DNA of 64,000 bases from a virus (lineage: Duplodnaviria; Heunggongvirae; Uroviricota; Caudoviricetes): the IMG/VR virus record IMGVR_UViG_3300021255_000128, positions 1 through 64,000 of that record; one strand, written 5' to 3'. Below, piece after piece: positions 1 to 9,839 of this stretch. The translations under genes and the position numbers were made by a program. Within the stretch, counting starts at the first letter, position 1; every line of letters starts with the position of its first letter. Under the pieces are notes generated by a model, which saw only the letters and a list, made by a program, of their open reading frames with translations, made no database searches and had not been told where the DNA came from.

Positions 1-435
1 GCCTTTACGCAGGATAGAGGCGAAACCTTTGAATTCTTCGATGGAGAAGTATTCGAACTTGTTCCTCAGAACAAGGTCAGATTCGCTCCTAAGAAGTTTG
101 ATGGAGGTGTGGCATTGTCAATGTCCATCATTCGTGGTGGAATGATTGACTGGATGCCAATCGCCATATTGCGTAGGACTACTGGTCTCGTCGAGGAGAG
201 AGAACTTCTCTCCAAAGAGAATGAGATTGGTAATCCGCTTCGTGCACAGATGAGTGATATTGCCCGTATCACTCTTCTGTACGAACTCGTTGGTGCGAAG
301 AAAATCCGCGCCAATGTAGTCAACGGTCTCCATCAGAACCGTTATGAGCGTGGCAAGTCTCCGATCTACGATTCTCCTAACATGGAGGAGAAGGATCGCA
401 GACCTCTGCGTGCATACAGATTCAATCTGGTTTAA
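1..435 (+). CDS. C-terminal part of a gene entering from upstream; hypothetical, possibly abundant or structural protein
   Basis: Open frame from base 1 (frame of ORF 109..435). GC clearly higher than the surroundings. Strong intrinsic terminator follows directly. Confidence 0.5.
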   Translation, partial: AFTQDRGETFEFFDGEVFELVPQNKVRFAPKKFDGGVALSMSIIRGGMIDWMPIAILRRTTGLVEERELLSKENEIGNPLRAQMSDIARITLLYELVGAKKIRANVVNGLHQNRYERGKSPIYDSPNMEEKDRRPLRAYRFNLV

Positions 436-444
436 TTAGATAAG

Positions 445-476
445 AGCCCTGTGTAAAAGCAGGGCTTTTATTTTTC
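445..476 (+). terminator. rho-independent terminator
   Basis: GCCCTG-N8-CAGGGC hairpin followed by a T-run. Confidence 0.7.
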
Positions 477-528
477 CTTTGGGAACTAAGACCCTAACAA
501 ACAATTAACAACAAATACTAAAAGAAAA

Positions 529-1098
529 ATGGCAAAAAATGTAAAAATTAACAATCTTCCGGAGCTGTATCAGGCTAATATCCGTAAACCGGAAGTTGTG
601 ACGTTGGATCAGCTTAAGGAGGTCAACGTCATTTTTGAGGGATACACTCCGCAGGTTGGAGATATCTATCGTTTCCCTGTACTTGAGGAAATGAAGTTCA
701 TGTCTCAGCCTGTCCGTACCGATGGTAACGGTAAGGTGTATTTCGTGAGCGCTCAGCTTGAGCGTGGTGGTGTTGTCACCGACACTTGGTTCAATCTTGG
801 TTTCCTTGCCAAGCGTGATGTCAATCAGGTTCCTGTCAACCCGACTTGGTACGCTCTCGGCAATGCTCAGGCTCGTGCTGCAGCTCTCGCCAAGATGGGT
901 GAGATCAAGGCCACCGGTTCCGTTGAGATCAATGTGCCTGTGTTCGACCGTGTAGCCAATCGCAACAAGGTTGTTCCCACGCTGGATCCTGCTACCGGTC
1001 TGCAGATGATTGACGAGTTCGGTACTGCGATGACTCATGTTGAGACTCGCAAGCAGAACTGCGTCGTTATCACGCCGTATGCTCCGGAGGGCAAGTAA
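529..1098 (+). CDS. hypothetical protein (higher-GC, likely highly expressed)
   Basis: 189-aa ORF with an atypically high-GC codon style and TGG tryptophans. An 11-bp perfect hairpin terminator follows. Confidence 0.6.
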   Translation: MAKNVKINNLPELYQANIRKPEVVTLDQLKEVNVIFEGYTPQVGDIYRFPVLEEMKFMSQPVRTDGNGKVYFVSAQLERGGVVTDTWFNLGFLAKRDVNQVPVNPTWYALGNAQARAAALAKMGEIKATGSVEINVPVFDRVANRNKVVPTLDPATGLQMIDEFGTAMTHVETRKQNCVVITPYAPEGK

Positions 1099-1107
1099 TC
1101 TTCCAAA

Positions 1108-1150
1108 TATAGTCACCGTGTACGGGCAATTACGCGGTGACTATATTTAT
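1108..1150 (+). terminator. rho-independent terminator
   Basis: TATAGTCACCG ... CGGTGACTATA 11-bp stem followed by a T-rich tract. Confidence 0.65.
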
Positions 1151-1537
1151 TGATTCCTTGGTTCTACAATTAAAGTCTCAAATCCCAATTCATTTAAGGC
1201 AGGTAAAGGGTATTGAGTACTTGAAACTGATGGAGTAAACTTCGGAATCGTGGATAAATTTCCAATCCCATAAAGAGTGAAATCGATATGGGGTTCTCAT
1301 AAAAACGTACAATAGTGTTTCTTTGTTCGCCATATTGGTTATTAGTCAGTTAGTTAGTAGTAACTCCAGTTTGTACGTTCTGGAGTTTTATAATTTGGCA
1401 TTTTGTGTTTAATTCGTTTTTTATAGGTTTGGGATTTAATTCATTTTTTTATAGATCCAATTCTGTCGTGAGATAAAATTGGATAAAATGCTCGTGTCGT
1501 CTAGCGATCTAGGACATCTGTCTCTCCGACCGATAAC

Positions 1538-1562
1538 TGTGGTTTGAATCCACACGCGAGTA
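1538..1562 (+). other. tRNA-like 3' fragment (T-arm plus acceptor strand) without a foldable anticodon arm
   Basis: TGTGG-TTTGAAT-CCACA T-arm followed by CGCGAGT-A. The upstream GCTCGTG can pair as an acceptor strand, but no anticodon stem forms. Confidence 0.3.
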
Positions 1563-1629
1563 CTAGTTTGTGTTAGTTGTGTATTGCAAAAAAACCCACA
1601 GCCTTATTCGGGTTGTGGGTTTTGATTTT

Positions 1630-2259
1630 CTAAAATTCAAAACTAACTTTTTCTTCTTTTCCTTCTTTGATATCAAGACGTCTTCTAAGTTCTTTAACTT
1701 CTTTTTGTAAGTCATTATAATTAGCACGAAGCTCTTGAATATCATCCGTATTGGATACAACTTGTTCAGTGATCTTTTTGGCCCATAAACCAAATTGTCC
1801 AAGTTTTTGCATATCGAAAGACATTTCTCGAATAGTAAGTCCTGCATCATCTTTGTAATGAGTTAATGATGTTGATAAATATCCAGATTCTTCAAGAATT
1901 CTATTATATTTTTTAACAGTAGGTCTACTAAGTCCTGTTAATTCAGCTAGTTCTGAATCAGAATAATGTGTGATTGCAACTTGTTGATCTTTATCATATA
2001 AAGTTTTTTGGATTTTCATAAAATATTCTTTAACTTTGGGAGGAAGTTTCATATCTAAAAATTCTTCACTGAACATTTCAAATTGATCTGTTTCAGGTGG
2101 GAAATAATATAGATTAGATGTTCCGATCCTTCGAGTTACTTGAATTAATCCAAAACTCTCTAAACGGTGTAGAGAATCATTAATAAAAGTTGTAGATAGA
2201 CCAGTAAGATCTTTCAGAGTAACCATTGATGGATAGCAAGTTCTAGTTTTCTTATTCAT
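1630..2259 (-). CDS. winged-helix DNA-binding protein (RepA-like initiator or transcription regulator)
   Basis: Only convincing minus-strand gene. Two HTH-like segments (for example LAELTGLSRPTVKKYNRILEESGYL). Faces the iteron array at 2429-2521. Confidence 0.5.
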   Translation of the reverse strand: MNKKTRTCYPSMVTLKDLTGLSTTFINDSLHRLESFGLIQVTRRIGTSNLYYFPPETDQFEMFSEEFLDMKLPPKVKEYFMKIQKTLYDKDQQVAITHYSDSELAELTGLSRPTVKKYNRILEESGYLSTSLTHYKDDAGLTIREMSFDMQKLGQFGLWAKKITEQVVSNTDDIQELRANYNDLQKEVKELRRRLDIKEGKEEKVSFEF

Positions 2260-2428
2260 GTGTCTTTTGACCTGTGCAAAGACTAGTTGATCACACCATT
2301 CTAATTTGGTTCAATCAAAATTTTGAGGAATTTCTGTATGTTTCATAAGCATTAAAAATTTTTGTTTAACATTATAATGCAAAGTTATAAAATATTTTTC
2401 AAATAAACAAAAAGTTAAACAAAAAAAT

Positions 2429-2521
2429 TCGCGTAATGCCCCTAAAAAATGGCGGTATGCCTATGAAAAATGGCGCAATACCCCTGAAAAATCGCGTAAT
2501 GCCTATGAAAAATCACGGTAT
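2429..2521. repeat. iteron array: four ~21-bp direct repeats (AAAAATGGCGGTATGCCTATG-like), followed by an AT-rich tract with TTTATAAAGA x2
   Basis: Direct repeats read from the sequence. They lie next to the 5' end of the minus-strand wHTH gene. Confidence 0.6.
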
Positions 2522-3299
2522 ATAACTATATTTATATATATTTATAAAGATTTATAAAGATTTAACTCAAACTATATTTATGCGCGAGGCGCAAAATTAA
2601 AAATCCAATATACTCAAAACATTTAAAACACAACTAACAATGAGCAAGAAATCTGCTTGGAAACAGTTTTGCCAAGACTGTGCAAATCATTTTGACAGAA
2701 AAACCCTTATAATGGGGTTACCACAATCCTCCAATCCATTTAAGATGAAGAAACACGCTAAAACTACTGGGAATTCTCCCAGTCCGAACAAGTTTTAGTA
2801 TTAACCTATATAATTATACGCGCGCGTAAGAAACAATTCTAGTATATGAAAACACGTTTTATTAACATTCAGCGGTGGGAAACCATCGTCACCGAAGAAG
2901 GTAAAGAGAAAAAGCAGAAAATTAATCTGCGAGTCAGAATTAATAATGCCATTCCGTTCTCACATTTTATGTGTGAAGGAAATAGAAGGGGCTAGGTTCT
3001 AAAATTTTTGGGTTGATTGGTAGAACGAGGGAGAGCGGAGTCTCCCATTCCCTCGGGATTCCTACAGTCGGTATTCAATGTTGAAATCTCGCTACAAAAC
3101 GCGGATACATTGTTTAGCTGTATTCTATCCAATCAATCCAAAAATAATCATTCTATAATCCATTTAAGAGTGAATTTATCATTTATATTCCCCATTTTTC
3201 CAGTATTTTTAAAATACTTCATAGTTCTCTCTTTATTTGGATATCTTATACAATTATATACAAAAGACATATTACTATAAGTTTAACATTTAAAAAATT

Positions 3300-3680
3300 G
3301 GTAAAATTGAGTTTGTTGCAAAATTATATTGTCTTTTGTATAGGGTCTTGTTAATCCAGATGTACCAACGTACACAAAATGAAGTGCAGAGCTGTGCGCT
3401 ATCATTAAACTGAGTTCTTTTATATACTGTTATAAAGTTGAAATAGCTTTACTTCGAAGATTTCAACTTTCATTCTCAATGCTAAACCGAGCGCAGAAAA
3501 CTACTACCTGGTATTTGATACTATCGGACTAGAGTAGGACCTCATTGAATCTAATGGAGAGTGGCGATAAGTCCAAGTTGAGTGCCATTGTAACAAACTT
3601 GGTTAGTAAGTAGATGAGAAAATCCTTGATGTTACGTATGAGTCAGGTCATTGAGAATTTTTAATTCCCATTGGAGTGAA
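3300..3680 (+). ncRNA. structured RNA with group-I-intron-like P7 (R-like TCGGACTAGAG, S-like GCGATAAGTCCAAG)
   Basis: GGACT/AGTCC can pair as P7. The region is non-coding and hairpin-rich. Boundaries are approximate. Confidence 0.35.
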
Positions 3681-3900
3681 ATCCTTTGGGAGTTCTAATT
3701 TAAAACAATTTATTATGTGTGCAACAGAAGAAGATATCAAAATGCTCGCTGAACTGAGAGCACAACTCGATCCCTCAAAAGAAATCTCTATTCCCAGGTC
3801 TGTACTTGAAGATGTTTGTGAGTATTGTGAATGTATGGGAATTTATGATGACCTTGGAAATTATGGAGATTTCTATTACAAAATTAAACAGCTCTTGTAA
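3676..3900 (+). CDS. hypothetical small protein
   Basis: 74-aa ORF with a TAA stop. Confidence 0.35.
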   Translation: MKSFGSSNLKQFIMCATEEDIKMLAELRAQLDPSKEISIPRSVLEDVCEYCECMGIYDDLGNYGDFYYKIKQLL

Positions 3901-3911
3901 AACTATTAGGT

Positions 3912-4346
3912 ATGAAATTTATTAAACAACTTTCTGAAGATGAGTTTGTTGTCAAGATGGGACCTGAGGATGGTAATAGAACGCGTAGAATTATTCTTGC
4001 TCATGATTATCTTCAACTCCAAGGCTTGGATTGGTATTGTACTGATTTGAGTAACTTGGATGCTCCTTGGGCATTTGGTAACGTAATTAATGTACAATCC
4101 AATATTCAGATTCCCATACGAATGGCACAAGATATGCTTGAAAAGGTTCTTACTTCAAATCGTAAGTATCTTAAGAAAGAGCATCTAATTTGTGATGGAA
4201 AACCTAATTATCGAGATCCAAATGGATTGTCATACTGTTATATTGACGATAATGGTAAAAAGATGATTGCGTTTTTCAATAGAGAAACATGTGAATATAT
4301 ACACATGGAGCAATCTATATATAATGCAATTAAAAATCCAGAATAA
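3912..4346 (+). CDS. hypothetical protein
   Basis: 144-aa ORF. Confidence 0.45.
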   Translation: MKFIKQLSEDEFVVKMGPEDGNRTRRIILAHDYLQLQGLDWYCTDLSNLDAPWAFGNVINVQSNIQIPIRMAQDMLEKVLTSNRKYLKKEHLICDGKPNYRDPNGLSYCYIDDNGKKMIAFFNRETCEYIHMEQSIYNAIKNPE

Positions 4347-4440
4347 ATCAACTCTGTAATAATAAATAAAAATCCAAAGACTGAGTTTTCAGAATCTTGG
4401 TGATGATCAATAGAGGTGTACAACTCTACAAAACATTTGT

Positions 4441-4500
4441 TCCTTGGCTTGATAACCAAGGCTCCTGCTAAGCATGATGCAGGCTAACATGATTGGAGTA
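4441..4500 (+). ncRNA. conserved two-hairpin RNA element, copy 1
   Basis: CCTTGG-CTTGATAA-CCAAGG then CTGCTAAGCATGATGCAG-GCTAACA. Copy 2 at 5842-5900 has compensatory changes in both stems. Confidence 0.5.
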
Positions 4501-4692
4501 ATATTGCAGTAATAATATCAAGAGATGAGCGTCAGTAGCATAAGTTGCACATAAATATTGGAATTGCGATTTGGAAAGTCCAATAATGCGCTTGATATTA
4601 GCTAGGCTAGGGGTAACCGATTAACAACCCTATTATTTAACTCTAGAAAGAGTGATATCAATCTAGAGTTCCAATATTAAAATATTATTACT

Positions 4693-5127
4693 ATGATTAA
4701 GTTGACTATTGAAGGTAAAGTTTATAACAAATTTGAATGTATTCTTAATAATAGTTATAGAGCAACTGACCTCTTGAGAATGTTATCCTCAATTCCCACA
4801 AACGAAACTTATTCAGTGAAAACTATCAAAATCGAAACTGATGTTGATCTTGTAGGAAAAGAGTATGATGTTTGTGACAATAGTTATTGTATCAATCTTG
4901 CCAATGGAAAGAGTGCTCAATTAATACAGAAAGTTGGACATTATTATAGTCCCGATGAAAATGAAAAGGGTGCAAGGTTTTTCATTGTCAAAGAACCTTA
5001 TATTGCAAAGGTAGATGTACCTTTAATTGGTGGTTTTTATATTATTTTTGTTAATGTGGTATCCACAAAAACAGGAAATATTTATAGAGTTATCTATAGT
5101 GAAGGTTGTGTTTATCATGAAAATTGA
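4693..5127 (+). CDS. hypothetical protein
   Basis: 144-aa ORF ending in TGA. It may read through 8 codons to TAA if TGA is decoded. Confidence 0.45.
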   Translation: MIKLTIEGKVYNKFECILNNSYRATDLLRMLSSIPTNETYSVKTIKIETDVDLVGKEYDVCDNSYCINLANGKSAQLIQKVGHYYSPDENEKGARFFIVKEPYIAKVDVPLIGGFYIIFVNVVSTKTGNIYRVIYSEGCVYHEN

Positions 5128-5147
5128 TTTAATAATCAAAAGATAAG

Positions 5148-5510
5148 ATGTGCTTAACAATTCATCCCAAACACAAACATTTTGGTTTATATATTGCCAA
5201 AAGAGCAAAAAGAGACATTGTTGTATACAAAGTTTTAAATAATAACAATACTTCTGATTGTAGAGAATATCAATATAAAAAGGGTTATAATTATCCTGAA
5301 AAGAAAGGATCAATTATTCAAAGAAACCCAGAAATTGGTGAAGGATTTTTGCATGCTCTTGTAGAAGATAAATATTGTATATATCTTTGGCTTGAAAGCG
5401 GTGAAAAGGTTGTAAGAATGGTAATTCCAAAAGGTACTTGGTACTTTGCAGGAATTTCTACATATTTAGGAACACATGATGTTTGTGCAACCTGTTTGAG
5501 ATACGATTAA
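5148..5510 (+). CDS. small protein, paralogue family A (with 6307..6687 and 8780..9208)
   Basis: Shared MC- start, basic N-terminus, G.GFLHA and IP.G motifs across the three ORFs. Confidence 0.5.
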   Translation: MCLTIHPKHKHFGLYIAKRAKRDIVVYKVLNNNNTSDCREYQYKKGYNYPEKKGSIIQRNPEIGEGFLHALVEDKYCIYLWLESGEKVVRMVIPKGTWYFAGISTYLGTHDVCATCLRYD

Positions 5511-5841
5511 TTTAAAATTTTATTCTTAACCACAACTCATTGAAACAAAGTGGAGCTTCATCACCTCGACTTGGAATACATAAGTGTGAAATGTGTAAAA
5601 AATGAAGGCTGTTAAAGCTACAATAATTGGGTGATTCCCATGCGGTTAAGAATTTTTTTAAGTAATAGGCTCACTATTTGTTTAATGGCTGTTCGTAAGT
5701 AGGGCACTTGTTGCTAACCATTAATATAAATAGTAGAATCCCTATTTTAAATCCAGAGCCGCTCTGATGTCTTATCAGGAGGCGGAGAACTGGTGGTGGT
5801 CAAAATAGTGTCGCATCCAGACATAAGTACTATTTGCAACA

Positions 5842-5900
5842 CCTTATTTCCTTAGCTTGACAACTAAGGCTCTCACTAGGCATTGATGTGAGCTAACAGT
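5842..5900 (+). ncRNA. conserved two-hairpin RNA element, copy 2
   Basis: CCTTAG-CTTGACAA-CTAAGG then CTCACTAGGCATTGATGTGAG-GCTAACA. Covaries with copy 1. Confidence 0.5.
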
Positions 5901-6211
5901 GTTGTATCATACATGCAGTAACGGATTCTTTATAGTTCTGCGGAACGATGATTAAAGATGATGGCTAGGTTGGTAACCAAATAACCATAAATAATATAAA
6001 ACAAATCAAAGGGCACTCAGGAATGAAGATTCCTTGCAAATACTCGCTTAAAGCCACTATCACGGTTTGCGCAATAGATGATAGTTGAATTATTTAGTGA
6101 AGGACATATAACTATAAAGATAGTGATCATATGCTTTATAGGAAGTTGTTCGGAAGAGTAGAAAAATAATCCGTAAAAAGCTACTTGAGAGTTGATTTGT
6201 TTTATATTTTT

Positions 6212-6285
6212 GCTCGGTTCGAATAGTGGTTTAATTCCCAGCCCTTTCAAGGCTGAAACGTTGGGTCCGATTCCCACACCGAGTA
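6212..6285 (+). tRNA. tRNA-Glu (anticodon TTC)
   Basis: Hand-folded cloverleaf: acceptor GCTCGGT/ACCGAGT, D GAAT/ATTC, anticodon stem CAGCC/GGCTG with loop CTTTCAA. One mismatch in the T stem. Confidence 0.65.
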
Positions 6286-6306
6286 CTAATTTTAAAATAT
6301 AACAAT

Positions 6307-6687
6307 ATGTGCTTTTTCAGTAAAACAAAGAAATTAAAAAGAGCTATAAGACCTATAAGAGTCTATAAATGGCTTAATAGTCGTAATCAATCGCCTTTTT
6401 ATGATTATGAGTATCAAAAAGGACTAAATGTTGCAAAAGGAAAAATACTTGAAATAGAGAAATATCCATATTATTCCTTTGGACAAGGAATGCTTCATGC
6501 ATTTAAAGATGATGATCATTTCGATATAATTAAGATGTATATTCCAATTGGTGCAAAATATAATGATAATGGTGCAATGGTAGTCGGTGATGTTGATTGT
6601 AGAGATCAAATCATATCTACAAAACTTTATTGGCCTAAAAACAAATTTGAAAAATGGTGGTATAATTTAATTAGCAAAAAATATTAA
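6307..6687 (+). CDS. small protein, paralogue family A
   Basis: See 5148..5510. Confidence 0.5.
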   Translation: MCFFSKTKKLKRAIRPIRVYKWLNSRNQSPFYDYEYQKGLNVAKGKILEIEKYPYYSFGQGMLHAFKDDDHFDIIKMYIPIGAKYNDNGAMVVGDVDCRDQIISTKLYWPKNKFEKWWYNLISKKY

Positions 6688-6689
6688 TT

Positions 6690-6965
6690 ATGGTACTATT
6701 AATAATCCTATTAGTTTTATCACTATTTGCAGTTATTTTCTGTTCTATTATGTTACATAACGAACCGGAAAATAATAGTTGGGTTGCACCAATCGTTGTA
6801 GCAGCTTTTATTATTGGAGTAACATTTTCATTAATTGCTTATGAAATAACGCCCCATAATCAGTTTAAAACAGATATTCTTCCACAAGTAGATACTGTAA
6901 TTACATACACATCATTAACAAAACAGTTCGATACAACTTATATTTATACATTTAAAAATGAGTAA
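6690..6965 (+). CDS. small membrane protein
   Basis: Hydrophobic N-terminal helix. Confidence 0.45.
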   Translation: MVLLIILLVLSLFAVIFCSIMLHNEPENNSWVAPIVVAAFIIGVTFSLIAYEITPHNQFKTDILPQVDTVITYTSLTKQFDTTYIYTFKNE

Positions 6966-7383
6966 GTTTTATTCAAGTCTTGATAAGACTCATATCAAAT
7001 TAAAAATTAAAAAAGAATCTACAATCGTCGATGAAAAGAATCATCGAGTAATTCACATTATTGATTGGGAGCTTGATATTTCTGATTTAATAAATATCCT
7101 ATTTTGGGGTATTCATAAGGATGAAGTGAATCTTTATGGTAGAGCAAAAGGTGTAGCTGTTTGTCATCCTGAAGATAAATTCGATCCTGAAATTGGTAAG
7201 AAATTAGCTCGTGCAATTGCAGAATCTAATGCTTACCATAATGCTGCTACAAGAATTCGTAAGCGTTTACGACAGCTTAATAAAATCGTTAATCAAATTT
7301 CCAATATTGGAGCGGATTTTATCATCAAAGCAAAAGATATTGAAATTCATAACAAAGAGTATCAAGATTCATTAATCAAATAA
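6958..7383 (+). CDS. hypothetical protein
   Basis: 141-aa ORF. Confidence 0.5.
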   Translation: MSKFYSSLDKTHIKLKIKKESTIVDEKNHRVIHIIDWELDISDLINILFWGIHKDEVNLYGRAKGVAVCHPEDKFDPEIGKKLARAIAESNAYHNAATRIRKRLRQLNKIVNQISNIGADFIIKAKDIEIHNKEYQDSLIK

Positions 7384-7384
7384 T

Positions 7385-8203
7385 ATGAAAAAGTTTATTT
7401 TCTTCATTGCAGCGATTTTCGTTGCACTTTCTGTAAGCAGTTGTGCTTGCTCTGTTATCGACAATTCAGAAGTCGGTATTAAGTTTAACAAGTTCAGTCT
7501 TACTGATCAGGGTAAGCTTCAGGCAGAGCCTGTAACAGGATGGATTTTCTATAATGGAATTACCCAGAAGGTTTTCAAGTATCCGGTTTTTATCCAGCGA
7601 GTGGATTATGATCCTTTTACTGTAACTACCAAGGATGCTGCTATTTTCTCAATGGATCCTGTTCTTGCATATCAGCTTAATCGTGATAAGGCCACTGATG
7701 TATTTACAAAGTATCGTAAGCCTCTTCGTGATATTGAAGCAGGTTATATGCGTACTTGTATTTATGACGCATATCGTATTACAGCAAATAATTATACTTC
7801 AGACGAATTAATGGCGTCACGTGCTAAATTTGAATCAGAAGTACGTGCAATGCTTGATAAGAGTCTTGGAGATGAAGGATTCATTGTTCAGGAATTTACT
7901 TCACAGATTGATCCTCCAGAATCTCTTCGTAGGATGATTGACTCCAAGAATGAGGCAGTACAAGCCAGTCTTAAGGCTGAAAATCTAGTAAAGGAGGCAG
8001 AAGCTAATGCTAAAATCGCTGTAGCAAAAGCACGAGGAGAAGCAGATGCTATGAAGATTCAGGCAGATGGTGAAGCATATTACAATCGAACAGTTGCTGC
8101 ATCATTGAATGAACTTCTTGTTCGTCAGTATGCAATTGAAAAATGGAATGGTGAGCTTCCTACTTATAATGGAGGACAGACACCGTTTATTAGTGTAAAG
8201 TAA
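7385..8203 (+). CDS. SPFH/band-7 (prohibitin/HflKC-like) domain lipoprotein
   Basis: Signal peptide with lipobox LSVSSC. SPFH-like core followed by an Ala/Glu/Lys-rich coiled coil typical of the family. Confidence 0.7.
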   Translation: MKKFIFFIAAIFVALSVSSCACSVIDNSEVGIKFNKFSLTDQGKLQAEPVTGWIFYNGITQKVFKYPVFIQRVDYDPFTVTTKDAAIFSMDPVLAYQLNRDKATDVFTKYRKPLRDIEAGYMRTCIYDAYRITANNYTSDELMASRAKFESEVRAMLDKSLGDEGFIVQEFTSQIDPPESLRRMIDSKNEAVQASLKAENLVKEAEANAKIAVAKARGEADAMKIQADGEAYYNRTVAASLNELLVRQYAIEKWNGELPTYNGGQTPFISVK

Positions 8204-8205
8204 CT

Positions 8206-8478
8206 ATGTCTTTCTTTGATTATCTTTTGACTATCTTTGTTTGTATTCTCTTTATTTGTATGTTCGTTTTTCTTACAGAAGATGAATGGGGAGAGAAACC
8301 AAAGATTTATTCTAAAGGATACATAATCTTATTCGGATTAGCATCATTTATTCCTTATTTTAATGCATTTCTTGCTATGGCATTAATGTTCATGTATATA
8401 GTGCTTAGAGCAAGTGGTGTATTAAAGCTCAAACGTACTAAATTTACTGAAAAATGGTTTGGTGTAACCGATGATTAA
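8206..8478 (+). CDS. small integral membrane protein
   Basis: Two or three hydrophobic segments. Confidence 0.5.
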   Translation: MSFFDYLLTIFVCILFICMFVFLTEDEWGEKPKIYSKGYIILFGLASFIPYFNAFLAMALMFMYIVLRASGVLKLKRTKFTEKWFGVTDD

Positions 8479-8779
8479 CGACCACGAACCGCACTATCCG
8501 TTGGAGATCGGGAAAGTACGTTTAGGTGACTCCTAAACCTCTGTAAAATTGTCTCGTCAACAGGCCGTTAATAAAGCATGTAAACATGTCGTATACCAGA
8601 AGCGTTAGGAAGGAAAGATATAAGACTGATAGCACTCGCTTATATTGGATTAAAAGAAGTTGTAGTCTGATAATAAATAAACAGCAAATTTCATCTGCAG
8701 TGAAATGGGATTTTTAGCTCTGTCCCGGAGCATATATAGAGGTGTATCCCCTCTGTCTTATACACAGTAGAAAGGGTAA

Positions 8780-9208
8780 TTGGTCGCATGTGGGATCATT
8801 CCCCACCACCTCTACAAAAACATTAAAATTCTTATTATGTGTTTAACTATTGATTTAAAGAAACATCCAGATCTTAAGCCAATCAAATTGGATAAAGATT
8901 TGATAGTTCGTAAATATCTTTGTAATAAAAACGACGTACCTGGTTATTACAGAAAACGTTTCATGACAAAATATGTAACTCCTTTTATGTATGTACGGGT
9001 ACACTTTTTATTCGGAAAAGCTATTCTTAGAGCGAAATTAGGCGAAGTGGATTCTGAAATTTATGAAGGAATTCATTCTACGACGGTTTATATCTATTCG
9101 GATCATCTTATTGAACATAAAGCTATTATTCCTAAAGGTTCTTTAGTATACTATGGAACGAATGGAGATATAGTTTCAAATAAGTTAATAATTTTTAAAA
9201 ATAAGTAA
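8780..9208 (+). CDS. small protein, paralogue family A
   Basis: See 5148..5510. Confidence 0.5.
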   Translation: MVACGIIPHHLYKNIKILIMCLTIDLKKHPDLKPIKLDKDLIVRKYLCNKNDVPGYYRKRFMTKYVTPFMYVRVHFLFGKAILRAKLGEVDSEIYEGIHSTTVYIYSDHLIEHKAIIPKGSLVYYGTNGDIVSNKLIIFKNK

Positions 9209-9720
9209 AATAATCTTAGATTTGAAACATTAATAACTATGAGTAAGACTCACAAAAGTCCAACCATTTGAAGGGTTGCTTATTTATGTGATAATATCTT
9301 AATAAATGTCGTAGATGAAAGTAGTTTGTGCATAGTTTCAAATCTAAGATTTTAAAATAAATATAAAAAAGTATTCCGGGATTGGCGAAATAGGTAAACG
9401 CAACAGACTTTGTGGAAATAAAAGAGCTATGAGGTGATGAGCACCTAAAACGAAAGTTTTAGTGTGAATGCTGGCTAACTCGGTGAAGGTATCAGCCTTA
9501 TAAATGATAATAACGCCGAACTAAATTGAATACAAATATTCATAAATGCGTAGAGACTATACACCAGCCACCTAAGTTCATTTGAATATGGTGAAGACAT
9601 AGTCCACAAGCTGTATTGGCTCACAGCTTCGAAAATCTGTCGAATCTTAAAAGATTCTTTCGAGTTCGATTCTCGAATCCCGGACGAATTCATACCAAAA
9701 ATTATTTGGAATATTCAAAA
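9209..9720 (+). ncRNA. group-I-intron-like ribozyme core 1
   Basis: P4-like CTAACTCGGTGAAGG; R-like GCGTAGAGACTATACA; P3' CCAGCC pairing with upstream GCTGG; P8 hairpin CACC..GGTG; S-like AAGACATAGTCC (P7 GACTA/TAGTC). A 17-bp inverted repeat lies at 9213-9229 / 9334-9350. Confidence 0.5.
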
Positions 9721-9839
9721 TTTTTAACTATCTTTGTGTATTAAAAATAAGTTTAATTTGAAAATGATTTGGTATGAAACAATGAAAAAATTTAGAAGAA
9801 TTAAAACAATGAGTTAGTGAATGCGATACAATCGCAGAA

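Noticed and set aside
505-1116. 203-aa minus-strand ORF
   Set aside because: It fully overlaps the well-formed plus-strand gene 529..1098 and is an antisense artefact of a high-GC coding region.
1489-1562. Full-length tRNA
   Set aside because: Only the T arm and acceptor strands fold. No anticodon stem forms on either strand. Kept only as a tRNA-like 3' fragment.
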